Source: an uncultured Actinomycetes bacterium (GTDB lineage Bacteria > Actinomycetota > UBA4738 > HRBIN12). Taken from it: a stretch of DNA of 64,000 nucleotides. Positions 41,583-51,194 of this stretch are shown one piece after another. The notes under the pieces are model-generated. The model saw nothing but the letters and a program-made list of their open reading frames with translations. It was not told the DNA's origin and ran no database searches. Positions within the stretch are counted from its first letter, which is position 1. The number at the start of each line of letters is the position of its first letter. A program made the translations under genes and the position numbers. The DNA lies in NCBI GenBank assembly GCA_963704725.1, contig OY969934.1, forward strand, positions 1,728,001-1,792,000. The letters run 5' to 3'.

Positions 41583-41870
41583 TCAGCCCTCGTCGAAGCC
41601 GATCGAGAACAACCGCTCCAGGTCGTGCTTGGAGTAGACCTGGAACGCGATGAGCGTCTCGGTACGGGCGACACCGACGACCTTCGAGATGCCGCCGGGG
41701 ATCACCGTGGCCAGGTCGTCGTGCTTGGCCACCCGGACGATGGCCACCAGGTCGAACTCCCCGGCGACCGAGTAGACCTCCGACACACCGTCGAGGTCGG
41801 CGATCGCCTGCGCGGCCTCGGGGATCTCGTCGATCTCGCACTGGATCAGCACGACGGCGTGGACGGTCAT
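41583..41870 (-). CDS. Lrp/AsnC ligand-binding domain protein
   Basis: VSEVYSVAGEFDLVAIVRV...TETLIAF. Confidence 0.9.
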   Translation of the reverse strand: MTVHAVVLIQCEIDEIPEAAQAIADLDGVSEVYSVAGEFDLVAIVRVAKHDDLATVIPGGISKVVGVARTETLIAFQVYSKHDLERLFSIGFDEG

Positions 41871-41871
41871 G

Positions 41872-43050
41872 TCAGGCTTGCTCCAGGACCAGGGCCGTGC
41901 CCTGCCCGCCCGAGACGCACAGCGTGGCGAGGCCGAGCGAGAGGCCCAGCTCGCGTAGCTCGTAGGCCAGCGTCAGGGTGACCCGGGCGCCCGACAGCCC
42001 GATGGGGTGGCCGACGGAGATCCCGCCGCCCTTCGTGTTCAGCTTGTCGCGGTCGAACTTCAGCTCCCGTTCGCACGCGATCACCTGCGCGGCGAACGCC
42101 TCGTTGAGCTCGATGCGATCCATGTCGGCGAGCGACAGGCCCGTACGCTCGAGGACCTTGTTGGTGGCCGGCACCGGGCCGATGCCCATGATCTCGGGGG
42201 GCACCCCGGCCGAGCTCATCCCGACGATCCGGGCCAGGACCGCTCGCCCCTCGGCACCGGCGCGCGACTCGCTCATCAGCACCATGGCCCCGGCGCCGTC
42301 CGTGAGCCCGCTCGAGTTGCCGGCGGTGACGCTGCCGTCGTCGCGGAACACCGGCTTCAGCTTCGCCAGGCCCTCCGGCGTCGTCTCGGGTCGCGGGTGC
42401 TCGTCCTGCGAGAGGGTGACGGTCCCCTTGCCCTTGGGGTCGGGGGCCTCCACCGGGAACATCTCGAGCGCCCGGCGGTCCTTGCCGGCCTCGGCCTTGC
42501 GCTGGGACTCGAGCGCGAACTCGTCCTGCTCCTGGCGGGAGATGCCGTACCGGTCGACGAGGTTCTCGGCGGTCTCGCCCATCACCAGGCCGCAGATCGG
42601 GTCGAGCAGCCCGTCGCGGTACATCCCGTCGTACACGGTCGCGTCGCCGAGCCGGTACCCGGACCGCATGCGGTCGAGGATGAAGGGCACCCGGGTCATG
42701 TTCTCCATGCCGCCCACGACCACCACCTCGGCCTCGCCGGTCATGATCTGCTGGGCGCCGAGGTGGACCGCCTTCATGCCCGAGGCGCAGGCCATGTTGA
42801 CGTTGAAGGCCGGAACGTCCGTGGGGATGCCCGCCTTCACCGAGACCTGACGGCCGGTGTTCGGCCCGTTGCCCGCCTGCCGGGCGTGGCCCATGATCGT
42901 CAGCTCGACCTGCTCGGGCTCGACCTCGGCCCGGCGGAGCGCCTCCCGAACCGCCAGCGCGCCGAGCTCGACCGCGGTGATCTCGCCGAACGAACCGAGG
43001 AACCGCCCGATCGGCGTCCTGGCGCCCTCGACGATGACCGCGCGCTCCAT
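41872..43050 (-). CDS. Acetyl-CoA C-acetyltransferase (thiolase)
   Basis: NMACASG, NEAFA, GHPIG, LCVSGGQG. Confidence 0.95.
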   Translation of the reverse strand: MERAVIVEGARTPIGRFLGSFGEITAVELGALAVREALRRAEVEPEQVELTIMGHARQAGNGPNTGRQVSVKAGIPTDVPAFNVNMACASGMKAVHLGAQQIMTGEAEVVVVGGMENMTRVPFILDRMRSGYRLGDATVYDGMYRDGLLDPICGLVMGETAENLVDRYGISRQEQDEFALESQRKAEAGKDRRALEMFPVEAPDPKGKGTVTLSQDEHPRPETTPEGLAKLKPVFRDDGSVTAGNSSGLTDGAGAMVLMSESRAGAEGRAVLARIVGMSSAGVPPEIMGIGPVPATNKVLERTGLSLADMDRIELNEAFAAQVIACERELKFDRDKLNTKGGGISVGHPIGLSGARVTLTLAYELRELGLSLGLATLCVSGGQGTALVLEQA

Positions 43051-43062
43051 CGAGGACCCAGT

Positions 43063-44733
43063 CTAGCGGCCCGGGGAGGCGCGCCCGACGGAGGTGCCGG
43101 CCTCCACGAGGCGTTCGCGGCCGCCGGCCGCCGGTCGCAGGAGCACGAGGAGCCGCTGGAGGGCGGCGCCCGCGCCGACGGGCTCGGACAGCGGCCGATC
43201 GGTGGCCTCGATCCGAGGCCGGGTCCGCACGAGCCAGGACCGGAGCGCCGCGAGCTCGTCCGCGCGGTCGCGGGGACACGGCGAGGCGAGCGGCTCGTCG
43301 TCGGCGTCCCGCACGAGCGCGCCGCCGAGGAGCCGGAGCCGGTGGCCCTCGTCGTCCCGCAGGATGAGCTCGCCGGGCAGGAGGAGCCACGCGTCGGTCA
43401 TCGACCGGGCGAGCGCCTCGGCCAGCGCCCGGAGCCGCTCGCGCGCCAGCGCCGCCTCCTCGAAGCGCTCGTGCTCCGCGAGGGAGCGCATGCGGGCCTC
43501 GAGCGCCTCGAGGAGCCCGCCCGGCGTGGAGAGAGAGGAGATCAGGGACCGGACGAGCTCCCCGTAGCGCTCGGGGCCGATGCGCCCGTCGCACGGGGCG
43601 GCGCACCGGCCCATGTCGGCCAGCGCGCAGGGGGCGAACCGCGTCGTGGCCCGCATCGGCGTGGTGCACCGGCGGATCGCGGCGACGTCCTCGAGGGCCT
43701 CCTTGGCCAGGTGCGCGAGCTTCGACGACGGGAACGGGCCGAGGTGGACGCCGCCGCTCCGTGGTTCGCGGACCACCTTGAGCCGAGGGAACGCCTCAGA
43801 AGGGTCGAGCCGGAGGTACGCGTACCGCCGCCACGTCTTGCCCCGGCGGTTGAAGCGGGGCTCGTACCGGCGGATCAGCCGGGCCTCCAGGACGAGCGCC
43901 TCGATCTCCGAGCCGCACGGCAGCCCCTCGACCCTGGTCGTCTGGGCGAGGAGGTCCTCCACCTGCTTGCGCGAGTCCCCGTAGAAGTAGCTGCGGACCC
44001 GCGTGCGCAGGTCCTTCGACTTGCCGACGTAGAGCACCGAGCCGTCGCGCCCTCGGAACAGGTACACGCCGGCGGACCTGGGCAGGTGATCGGCGAGGCG
44101 GATCTTGCCGTAGTTGGGCCGGCCCCGGGCCCGAACGGCGGCGTGCAGCTCGCCGAGGGTGAGGATGCCGAGACGCCCGCCCAGCTCGAGCAGCCCGTGG
44201 AGCACCTCGGCGCAGGCCTCGGCGTCGGGGAGCGCGCGATGCGTCGGGCGCACGGCCGTGCGGAAGTACTCGGCCAGCGTGCGCAGCCGGACGTTCGGCA
44301 CGTCGGGCCACACGACGCGGCGGGCCAGGCGCGCCGTGCACACGGGCGGCGGGGGGAGCGGGTCGTAGTCGAGCCGGCTCAGCGCCACGTTGAGGAACGT
44401 GAAGTCGAAGCGGGCGTTGTGGGCTACGAAGACGCAGCCGCGGGCGAACTCGGCGAACGAGGGAAGCACCCACTCGATCGGCGGGGCCCCCGCCACGGCC
44501 GCGTCGTCGATCCCCGTGAGGTGCGTGATCTGACGGGGGATCGGCGTGCCCGGGTTGACGAGCGTCTCGAACACGCCGAGCCGCTCGCCGCCGCGGAACC
44601 GGACGGCGCCGATCTCGGTGATCCGCGAGTCGGCGGGGGAGCCGCCGGTCGTCTCGAGATCCACGACGACGAAGTCGACCTCGCCGAGCGGCACGCCGTC
44701 CTCGAGCGTGGTCTGGATGGCCTCGGCGAGCAC
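43063..44733 (-). CDS. DEDD exonuclease + GIY-YIG (UvrC/Cho-like) protein, Rv2191-like
   Basis: VDLETTG, HNARFD, HRALPDA; GVYLF...LYVGKS; ERFEEAA UVR motif. Confidence 0.92.
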   Translation of the reverse strand: MLAEAIQTTLEDGVPLGEVDFVVVDLETTGGSPADSRITEIGAVRFRGGERLGVFETLVNPGTPIPRQITHLTGIDDAAVAGAPPIEWVLPSFAEFARGCVFVAHNARFDFTFLNVALSRLDYDPLPPPPVCTARLARRVVWPDVPNVRLRTLAEYFRTAVRPTHRALPDAEACAEVLHGLLELGGRLGILTLGELHAAVRARGRPNYGKIRLADHLPRSAGVYLFRGRDGSVLYVGKSKDLRTRVRSYFYGDSRKQVEDLLAQTTRVEGLPCGSEIEALVLEARLIRRYEPRFNRRGKTWRRYAYLRLDPSEAFPRLKVVREPRSGGVHLGPFPSSKLAHLAKEALEDVAAIRRCTTPMRATTRFAPCALADMGRCAAPCDGRIGPERYGELVRSLISSLSTPGGLLEALEARMRSLAEHERFEEAALARERLRALAEALARSMTDAWLLLPGELILRDDEGHRLRLLGGALVRDADDEPLASPCPRDRADELAALRSWLVRTRPRIEATDRPLSEPVGAGAALQRLLVLLRPAAGGRERLVEAGTSVGRASPGR

Positions 44734-44833
44734 CCGGTCCTGCCTCCCCTGCTGTTTCCCGGGGCTACGCTCGCTCGCGTGCGCTCGCTCGCTTCTTGAG
44801 CCCCGCGGGGCCGCGAGGGCCACCGACCATACC

Positions 44834-44847
44834 CGAACAGGTGTTCG
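44834..44847. promoter_or_regulatory. LexA (SOS) box
   Basis: CGAAC-AGGT-GTTCG upstream of the DNA-repair nuclease gene. Confidence 0.8.
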
Positions 44848-44874
44848 AAGGTCAAGGGCTCGTAGGCTCGGACC

Positions 44875-45702
44875 ATGCGGTTCGCGGTGAGCGTTCCGAA
44901 CGTCGGCGACCTGGACACCCTGCTGGGGCTGGCGTCGGAGACCGAGGGTGCCGGGTGGGACGGGTTCTTCCTGTGGGACCACATCCGCTTCCTGCGGGGC
45001 GTGCCGGTCACGGTGTTCGACCCGTGGGTGGCCCTGGCCGCGATCGCGGAGCGCACCGAGAGGATCCGGATCGGCACGATGGTGACGCCCGTCCCGCGAC
45101 GCCGGCCGTGGAAGCTCGCCCGCGAGACGGTCACGCTCGATCACCTCTCGCGGGGCCGGCTGATCCTGGGCGTCGGTCTCGGCTACCCGCCGGACGCGGA
45201 GTTCGAGCTACTCGGCGAGGACCCCGACGACCGCGTCCGGGCGGCCAAGCTCGACGAGGGGCTCGAGGTGCTGACGCGGCTGTGGAGCGGCGAGGTCGTC
45301 GACTTCGAGGGAGAGCACTTCCGCGTCCGGGATACGCAGTTCCTCCCGGCGCCCCTGCAGCGGCCGCGGATCCCGATCTGGGTCGCCGGCGTGTGGCCGA
45401 CGCGCCGGCCGTTCCGTCGCGCCGCCAGGTGGGACGGTGTCTTCCCGCACGGATACGAGGACGACGGGAGCCTGCGCCCCCTGCGGCCGGAGGAGTTCCC
45501 GGCGATGCTCGGCTACGTCACCGCGCAACGGGAGACGGACGGGCCGTTCGACGTCCTCGCCTCCGGCGTGGCCGACGGCGATCCGGCGGTGGTCGAGCCC
45601 TTCGACCAGGCGGGCGCGACGTGGTGGGTGGAGTCGGACGAGGGCGCGCCGGGGTGGCAGGAGCGGATGCTCGAGCGGATCCGGTCTGGGCCGCCGAGGT
45701 AG
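44875..45702 (+). CDS. LLM-class flavin-dependent oxidoreductase
   Basis: WDGFFLWDH, DPWVAL, TLDHLSRGRLILGVG. Confidence 0.9.
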   Translation: MRFAVSVPNVGDLDTLLGLASETEGAGWDGFFLWDHIRFLRGVPVTVFDPWVALAAIAERTERIRIGTMVTPVPRRRPWKLARETVTLDHLSRGRLILGVGLGYPPDAEFELLGEDPDDRVRAAKLDEGLEVLTRLWSGEVVDFEGEHFRVRDTQFLPAPLQRPRIPIWVAGVWPTRRPFRRAARWDGVFPHGYEDDGSLRPLRPEEFPAMLGYVTAQRETDGPFDVLASGVADGDPAVVEPFDQAGATWWVESDEGAPGWQERMLERIRSGPPR

Positions 45703-45714
45703 CGACGCGCCCCG

Positions 45715-46299
45715 TCAGCCCGCGGGGAAGAGCTCGTCTTCGACGAGGAACGCGATCAGCTGGCCGATCGCGATGTGCGCCTCCTGGATGTGCGAGGTCT
45801 CCGCGCTCGGCACCTCGATGACGACGTCGGCGAGCGAGGCCAGGCGCCCGCCGTCCTTCCCGGTGAGCGCGATCGTCCGGAGCCCTCGCCGCCGGCCCTC
45901 GTCGAGCGCGCGCACCACGTTCTCGGAGTTGCCGCTGGTGGAGATCCCGAGGAGCACGTCGCCCTCCCGGCCGAGTGCCTCGACCTGCCGCGCGAACACG
46001 CCGTCGAACCCGAAGTCGTTCGAGATGGCCGTGAGCATCGAGGTGTCGGTGGTGAGGGCGAGGGCGGGGATGGCCCCGCGCCGTCGGTCCACGGTCAGCG
46101 TGCTGACGAACTCGGTGGCCAGGTGCTGCGCATCGCCCGCGCTCCCGCCGTTCCCGCAGATCAGGAGCTTGCCGCCCCGCCGCACCGAGCCGGCGATGGC
46201 CGCCGCGGCGTGCAGGATCGTCCCGGCGCACGCGTCGGCCGTCCTGGCCGCGACCGCAGAGGTCTCGAGGAGGTAGTCGCGGACCCGCTCGGCGGTCAC
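45715..46299 (-). CDS. gmhA: Phosphoheptose isomerase
   Basis: CGNGGSAGDAQH, NDFGF, ISTSGNS, IQEAH. Confidence 0.93.
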   Translation of the reverse strand: MTAERVRDYLLETSAVAARTADACAGTILHAAAAIAGSVRRGGKLLICGNGGSAGDAQHLATEFVSTLTVDRRRGAIPALALTTDTSMLTAISNDFGFDGVFARQVEALGREGDVLLGISTSGNSENVVRALDEGRRRGLRTIALTGKDGGRLASLADVVIEVPSAETSHIQEAHIAIGQLIAFLVEDELFPAG

Positions 46300-46850
46300 G
46301 TCCCGGCCCCGGCGAGGACCTCGACACGGATCACGTCCACCGCGGCCTGGAGGTTGGCGACCACGTGGTCGGCGAACGGCTCGGCGGCGGCGCGTTCCTC
46401 CTGGCCGTGGCCGGTGAGGACGAACACCGTGCGCGCCCCGACGGCCCGGCCCATCGCCATGTCGCCGGCGTGGTCGCCGACGACGAACGCCTCGGCCGGG
46501 TCGAACCCGAACGTCGCCGAGGCGCGCTCGACCATGCCGGTCGCCGGCTTGCGGCAGCGGCAGCCGGTGCCAGGCGCGTGTGGGCAGTGCTCGATCCCGT
46601 CGAGGTCGGCCCCCTCGGCCTGCAGGAGCTCGCGCAGGCGACGGTGCACCGCCTCCAGCTCGTCCTCGGTGATCCAGCCCCGTCCGACCGGGGACTGGTT
46701 CGTCACCACGAGGACCCCGAGGCCGAGCTCGCGCAGGCGACGGATCGCGTCGGCCGCGCCGGGGATCAATCTGAGCTCCGCGGGCGACAGGACGTAGCCG
46801 ACCTCCTCGTTGATCGTGCCGTCGCGGTCGAGCAGGACGAAGCGACTCAC
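46296..46850 (-). CDS. gmhB: D,D-heptose 1,7-bisphosphate phosphatase
   Basis: LDRDGT, TNQS, CPH...CRCRKP, GD...D. Confidence 0.9.
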   Translation of the reverse strand: MSRFVLLDRDGTINEEVGYVLSPAELRLIPGAADAIRRLRELGLGVLVVTNQSPVGRGWITEDELEAVHRRLRELLQAEGADLDGIEHCPHAPGTGCRCRKPATGMVERASATFGFDPAEAFVVGDHAGDMAMGRAVGARTVFVLTGHGQEERAAAEPFADHVVANLQAAVDVIRVEVLAGAGT

Positions 46851-47884
46851 GAGGGTCGCCACACCCCCTGCGGGGTCGCGGCCTCCACCCCGTGGTCCCG
46901 GAACGCGAAGTCGGCGATGCGGCCGCCGTGGGCCTCGAGCGCCGCGCCGACGGACTCGCGGCGGTCGGGGTCGCAGGCCAGGAGGAGGTAGCCTCCGCCT
47001 CCCGCGCCGCAGATCTTGCCGCCCGCCGCCCCCGCCGTGTGCGCCACGTCGAGCAGAGCCTCGACCGGCGTCCCCTCAGCGATGTGCGGGTTCATGCGCT
47101 TCTTGCTCTCGTAGGCCTCGCGCAGCAGGCCCCCGAGGCTTCGCACGTCCACGGCCTCGATGGCCTCCCGCATCTCGTACGCCATCTCGTGGAGCTGCTT
47201 CATCCCGACGATGGTCTCCTCGCGCCCCTCCGCGTACATGCGGATCTGCGTGTCGATCAGGCCGAGGTCCGTGCGGACGTGACCCGTGTAGCACAGGAGC
47301 AGATGCGACCGGAGCTCGGCGACGGCCGGCTCGCCGAGCGACAGGGGCGTCACCGACACCCCGTCGGGCCCGAACTCCAGGAGGTTGAACCCGCCGAAGG
47401 CCGCCGCGTACTGGTCCTGCCATCCGCCGGCGATGCCGAGGTCCTCGCGCTCGATCGCGTACGCGATGCGCGCAACGTCGGGCGCCGACATGGTCCGCCC
47501 CTCGAGCGCGGCGAGCGCCCCGACGCACGCCGTGACGAGCGCGCTCGACCCGCCCAGGCCGCTGCCCGGCGGGGCGTCGGAGGCGATGCCGACGTCGATC
47601 CCTGCCGCCGCCCCCACGCGTTCGATCGCGGCCTTCGGCAGGTCCAGGAACCCGTCGTACTCGGGGCCCCGCTCCAGCCCGTACTCGACGCGGTGGCCGA
47701 GGTCGAGCGACCGGATCGTGACGCGACGGTCGTCGCGGCGGGAGACGTCCACGCGCGCGCAGCGGTCGATCGTGGCAGAGACCACGGCGCCCCCGTGTCG
47801 CTCGTAGTAGTGGGGGAAGTCGGTGCCGCCGCCCACGAAGCTGATCCGGAGCGGCGCCGTCGCGCGCACGGTCGGCGTGGTCAT
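46847..47884 (-). CDS. hddA: GHMP sugar kinase, heptose-7-phosphate kinase (HddA-like)
   Basis: APLRISFVGGGTD, PPGSGLGGSS, GWQDQY, GAGGGG. Confidence 0.82.
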   Translation of the reverse strand: MTTPTVRATAPLRISFVGGGTDFPHYYERHGGAVVSATIDRCARVDVSRRDDRRVTIRSLDLGHRVEYGLERGPEYDGFLDLPKAAIERVGAAAGIDVGIASDAPPGSGLGGSSALVTACVGALAALEGRTMSAPDVARIAYAIEREDLGIAGGWQDQYAAAFGGFNLLEFGPDGVSVTPLSLGEPAVAELRSHLLLCYTGHVRTDLGLIDTQIRMYAEGREETIVGMKQLHEMAYEMREAIEAVDVRSLGGLLREAYESKKRMNPHIAEGTPVEALLDVAHTAGAAGGKICGAGGGGYLLLACDPDRRESVGAALEAHGGRIADFAFRDHGVEAATPQGVWRPS

Positions 47885-47964
47885 CGGCCCGCCAGTATGG
47901 TCGTGCGCGGACGGCCGTGACCATCCGGTCCGCTGGCCCGATCCGCCGGGGCGGAGCGCCGGGC

Positions 47965-48243
47965 TCAGGCCACGAAGCGAACGAGCCGGCGGCGCTGCTG
48001 CTCGGTCAGGCCGCCCCACACGCCGTAGCGCTCGCCGTTCTTGAGCGCCCAGGCCAGGCACATCTCCCGGATCCCGCAGGCGCCGCAGAAGGCCAGCGCC
48101 GGCCCCGCCTCCTCCTCGGAGGTCGGGAAGAACAGATCCGGGTCGATGCCGTAGCAGGCCGCTCGGTCCTGCCACATGTCCGGGGGAGAAGGGTTGGTGG
48201 GGAGGGTTCTCACGTCGATGCCGGCGATCCGTTCCTTGCTCAC
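47965..48243 (-). CDS. whiB: WhiB-family Fe-S transcriptional regulator
   Basis: WQDRAAC...DPDLFFP...CGAC.....C...GVWGGL. Confidence 0.93.
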   Translation of the reverse strand: MSKERIAGIDVRTLPTNPSPPDMWQDRAACYGIDPDLFFPTSEEEAGPALAFCGACGIREMCLAWALKNGERYGVWGGLTEQQRRRLVRFVA

Positions 48244-48378
48244 GCGTTGCTCCTGCCTCGAAGGACGCCACCCCCGGGCTCGTGTGAAGCGCGCCACCGG
48301 GTACTGCCGTTTGTAGCAACCCGGGGCCGGTGGAAAACAGTCTTGAAAACTCCCGAACGGAGTAGTAGGCGGGCCGCC

Positions 48379-49239
48379 TCAGCGACGCCGAAGGCGAGCG
48401 CCCGACGCCGACGCGAGCGCGCCCCCGCGAGCCACCCACGCGACCCGGGCGATGCCCACGGTCCCGGCCGCGCTCGTGATCACGCCCACGGCGCGGCCGC
48501 CGGCCACGATCTCCTCGCCGGATCGGATCGGCAGGTCCGAGTCCACGGGGACGACGACGCGGGTGGGGTGGCCGAGGTTCGCCACCCGGGCGATCGACTC
48601 CTGGCCGAGGAAGCATCCCTTGGCGCGGTCCGTCACCGGCGCCTCGTCCCACCCGGCCTCGCCGGGCAGGGAGCTCGCGTCGAGATCGGTGGGGAAGCGC
48701 GGCTCGCCCCGCGCGATCCGGCGGGCCTCGACGGCCCCCTCCGTGGCGGTCACGAGCCCCTCGCCGGCCAGCCGAGCGCGGGCCCCGGGACCGGCCTCCT
48801 CGTCGACCAGCAGGTCGAGCCCGCCGCCGAGGATCGACGGACGTGACGGCTCCGCCAGGCCCGGAGGCGCCTGGGTGAGACCGGGCAGCGCGAACACCCG
48901 GGCCGCGGCCGTCCGCAGCTCGACCACCGACGAGAGCACGTACGGAGCGAGGAGGTCGGCGACCGGATCGGGCTGATGGGACCCCTGGACCAGCAGGAAG
49001 GCGTCCCCGGCGAGGCCGAGGACGTGGAAGGCGGCCCGGATGCGTCCCGTCGGCGTGAGCAGGAGGGACGGCCGCGACCGGCCTGGCCCGAGGGAGGCGA
49101 CGTCCGTCGTGACGAGGTCGTTCAGCCAGGCGCGGGCATCGTCGCCGCCGACGCGGGTGATCCGCAGGCCCTCCGGCTCGGCGTAGGCGAGCCCGGCGTC
49201 GAGGGCGTGTGCCTGTGCCTCGAACGTGGTCGTGCCCAC
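48379..49239 (-). CDS. ygfZ: YgfZ/GcvT-family folate-binding Fe-S repair protein
   Basis: KGCFLGQE motif; G.DA..WL..L.T N-terminus. Confidence 0.88.
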   Translation of the reverse strand: MGTTTFEAQAHALDAGLAYAEPEGLRITRVGGDDARAWLNDLVTTDVASLGPGRSRPSLLLTPTGRIRAAFHVLGLAGDAFLLVQGSHQPDPVADLLAPYVLSSVVELRTAAARVFALPGLTQAPPGLAEPSRPSILGGGLDLLVDEEAGPGARARLAGEGLVTATEGAVEARRIARGEPRFPTDLDASSLPGEAGWDEAPVTDRAKGCFLGQESIARVANLGHPTRVVVPVDSDLPIRSGEEIVAGGRAVGVITSAAGTVGIARVAWVARGGALASASGARLRRR

Positions 49240-49253
49240 CTCTGCAAGGATAG

Positions 49254-50393
49254 GTGCTCGTGGACGTGCCGCGGACGCTGGTCGTGAGCAACGACTACCC
49301 GCCGCGCGTCGGCGGGATCCAGCGCACGCTCGAGGCGCTCGTCCGCCAGCTCCCGCAGGACCGCGTCGCCGTGCTGTGTCCGGCGTGGGAGGGAGCCGGA
49401 TCCTTCGACGCCGACGCCGGCTACCGGGTGTTCCGGCAGCCCGAGCGCTTCCTGTGGCCGACGCCGGACGCCGGGCGGCGGATCCGGGCCGCGGTCGCGG
49501 AGTTCGGCGCGGACGTCGTGCTGTTCGGCGCGACCTATCCGCTCGCGGTCCTCGGTCCGAGGGTGGCCAGGCGCGGCACACCGTACCTGGCGGCCGCCCA
49601 CGGCTTCGAGTACTGGTTGTCGATCGCGCCCGGCGCGCACGCGCTGATGCGGCGGGCGACGTCCCGGGCCTCTCGCGTCCCCGTCATGTGCAGCGCGTTC
49701 ATCGCGCGGGTGGTTCGCACGGCGGTCGCGGACGACGTCCCGGTCTCCGTGCTGTATCCGGGGGCCGACGCCGACGCGTTCCATCCCGATCTGCCCTTCG
49801 AGGACCTCCGGGCGCGCCACGGCCTCGCGGATCGCCCGGTGGTCGTGTGTGTCAGCCGGCTGGTACCCCGCAAGGGTCAGGACGTGCTGATCCGGGCCAT
49901 GCCGCTGGTGCGGCGACGCGTTCCGGACGCCGCCCTGCTGATCGTCGGGGACGGCCCGTACCGGGGCGAGCTCGAGACGATGGCGCAGGGGGAGCCGCCC
50001 GGCACCGTCGTGCTGACCGGCCAGGTCTCGGAGGCGGACCTGCCCCGCTACTACCGTGCCGGCGACGTGTTCGCCATGCCGTGCCGGACCCGCCGCGGCG
50101 GGCTCGAGGTGGAGGGCTGGGGCAACGTCTTCATCGAGGCGGCGGCGTGCGCGCGTCCCGTCGTGGTGGGGGACTCGGGCGGGGCGCGCGAGGCGCTCGT
50201 GGACGGCGCGACGGGCCTGCTCGTGGACGGCTCGGACGTCGGGGCGGTGGCCGACGCCGTGGCCGGCCTCCTCGAGGACCCGGCGCGGGCCCGCGCTATG
50301 GGCGCGGCGGGGCGGGCGCGCGTGGAGCGGCACTTCACCTGGGATCGGGCCGCCGGACAGCTCGCGGGATGGCTGCGGGAGGCGGTGACGTAG
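49254..50393 (+). CDS. Glycosyltransferase family 4 (PimB'-like)
   Basis: NDYPPRVGGIQ, SRLVPRKGQD, EGWGNVFIEA. Confidence 0.92.
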   Translation: MLVDVPRTLVVSNDYPPRVGGIQRTLEALVRQLPQDRVAVLCPAWEGAGSFDADAGYRVFRQPERFLWPTPDAGRRIRAAVAEFGADVVLFGATYPLAVLGPRVARRGTPYLAAAHGFEYWLSIAPGAHALMRRATSRASRVPVMCSAFIARVVRTAVADDVPVSVLYPGADADAFHPDLPFEDLRARHGLADRPVVVCVSRLVPRKGQDVLIRAMPLVRRRVPDAALLIVGDGPYRGELETMAQGEPPGTVVLTGQVSEADLPRYYRAGDVFAMPCRTRRGGLEVEGWGNVFIEAAACARPVVVGDSGGAREALVDGATGLLVDGSDVGAVADAVAGLLEDPARARAMGAAGRARVERHFTWDRAAGQLAGWLREAVT

Positions 50394-50429
50394 CTCAAGC
50401 CCCGGGCGCTCGGAGCCGAACCTGGCTGT

Positions 50430-51182
50430 GTGGCCGGATCCACCGCGCCCGGGCGTTACCCTGCTCGTGTGAGCGCGGATGCGCGCTGCCCGAGCTGCGG
50501 CGGGCTGGTCGCCCCGGACGCGGAGTGGTGCGGCCAGTGCTTCGCGAAGCTCGGCACCGGGGAGCCCTCGCCACCCGCCGCTCCCGACCTGCCGTCGGCG
50601 CCGGAGACGGGAGGTGAGGCCTCGAAGACCGGACCCGTCTCGGGAGCCCCGTCCGCGTCGCTCGCCACGCCGGGGGGTGGCGCCCTCGAGGTGACCTCGG
50701 GGGAGGCGACCTGGGACTGCCCGGTCTGCGGGGAGCGCAACGCGCTCCAGGCGAGCGTATGCGGCGTATGTGAGACGCCGTTCGCCCGGCTCTTCGAGCG
50801 GCCCACGGAGCGCCCCCAGGTGCCCCCGCGGACCGCGGCGATGTGGTCGCTCGCGTTCGCCGGTCTCGGGCACTGGAAGTCGGGGCACCGGGCCGACGGC
50901 GTGGCGCGCATCGTCCTGTTCGCCTGGACCCTGGGGACCGTGCTCGTCATCTTGCTGTCGCTTCCGGACGGCGGCGGGTTCGGCCGGGCCGGCCAGCTGT
51001 TCGTCCTGTACCTCGCGGCCACGGCATCGGTCTACGTCGAGTCCGCCGTGGATGCCGCCCGCGTCGCCGGGGGGCGTCCGCCGATGGTGTCGTCGCGAAC
51101 CCTCCTGTGGTGGTCGGCGGGCCTGGTGCTGTTGTCGATCGTCCTGGCGACGTTCGTCACCCTGCCGGCCGCGCGTGGGTAG
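50430..51182 (+). CDS. Double Zn-ribbon membrane protein
   Basis: CPSC...CGQC, CPVC...CGVC, C-terminal TM helices. Confidence 0.75.
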   Translation: MAGSTAPGRYPARVSADARCPSCGGLVAPDAEWCGQCFAKLGTGEPSPPAAPDLPSAPETGGEASKTGPVSGAPSASLATPGGGALEVTSGEATWDCPVCGERNALQASVCGVCETPFARLFERPTERPQVPPRTAAMWSLAFAGLGHWKSGHRADGVARIVLFAWTLGTVLVILLSLPDGGGFGRAGQLFVLYLAATASVYVESAVDAARVAGGRPPMVSSRTLLWWSAGLVLLSIVLATFVTLPAARG

Positions 51183-51194
51183 CATCTGTCCGCG

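Noticed and set aside
44765-44795. Short CGCT repeats upstream of the DEDD nuclease
   Set aside because: Too short and not seen elsewhere in the window; not CRISPR- or REP-like on this evidence
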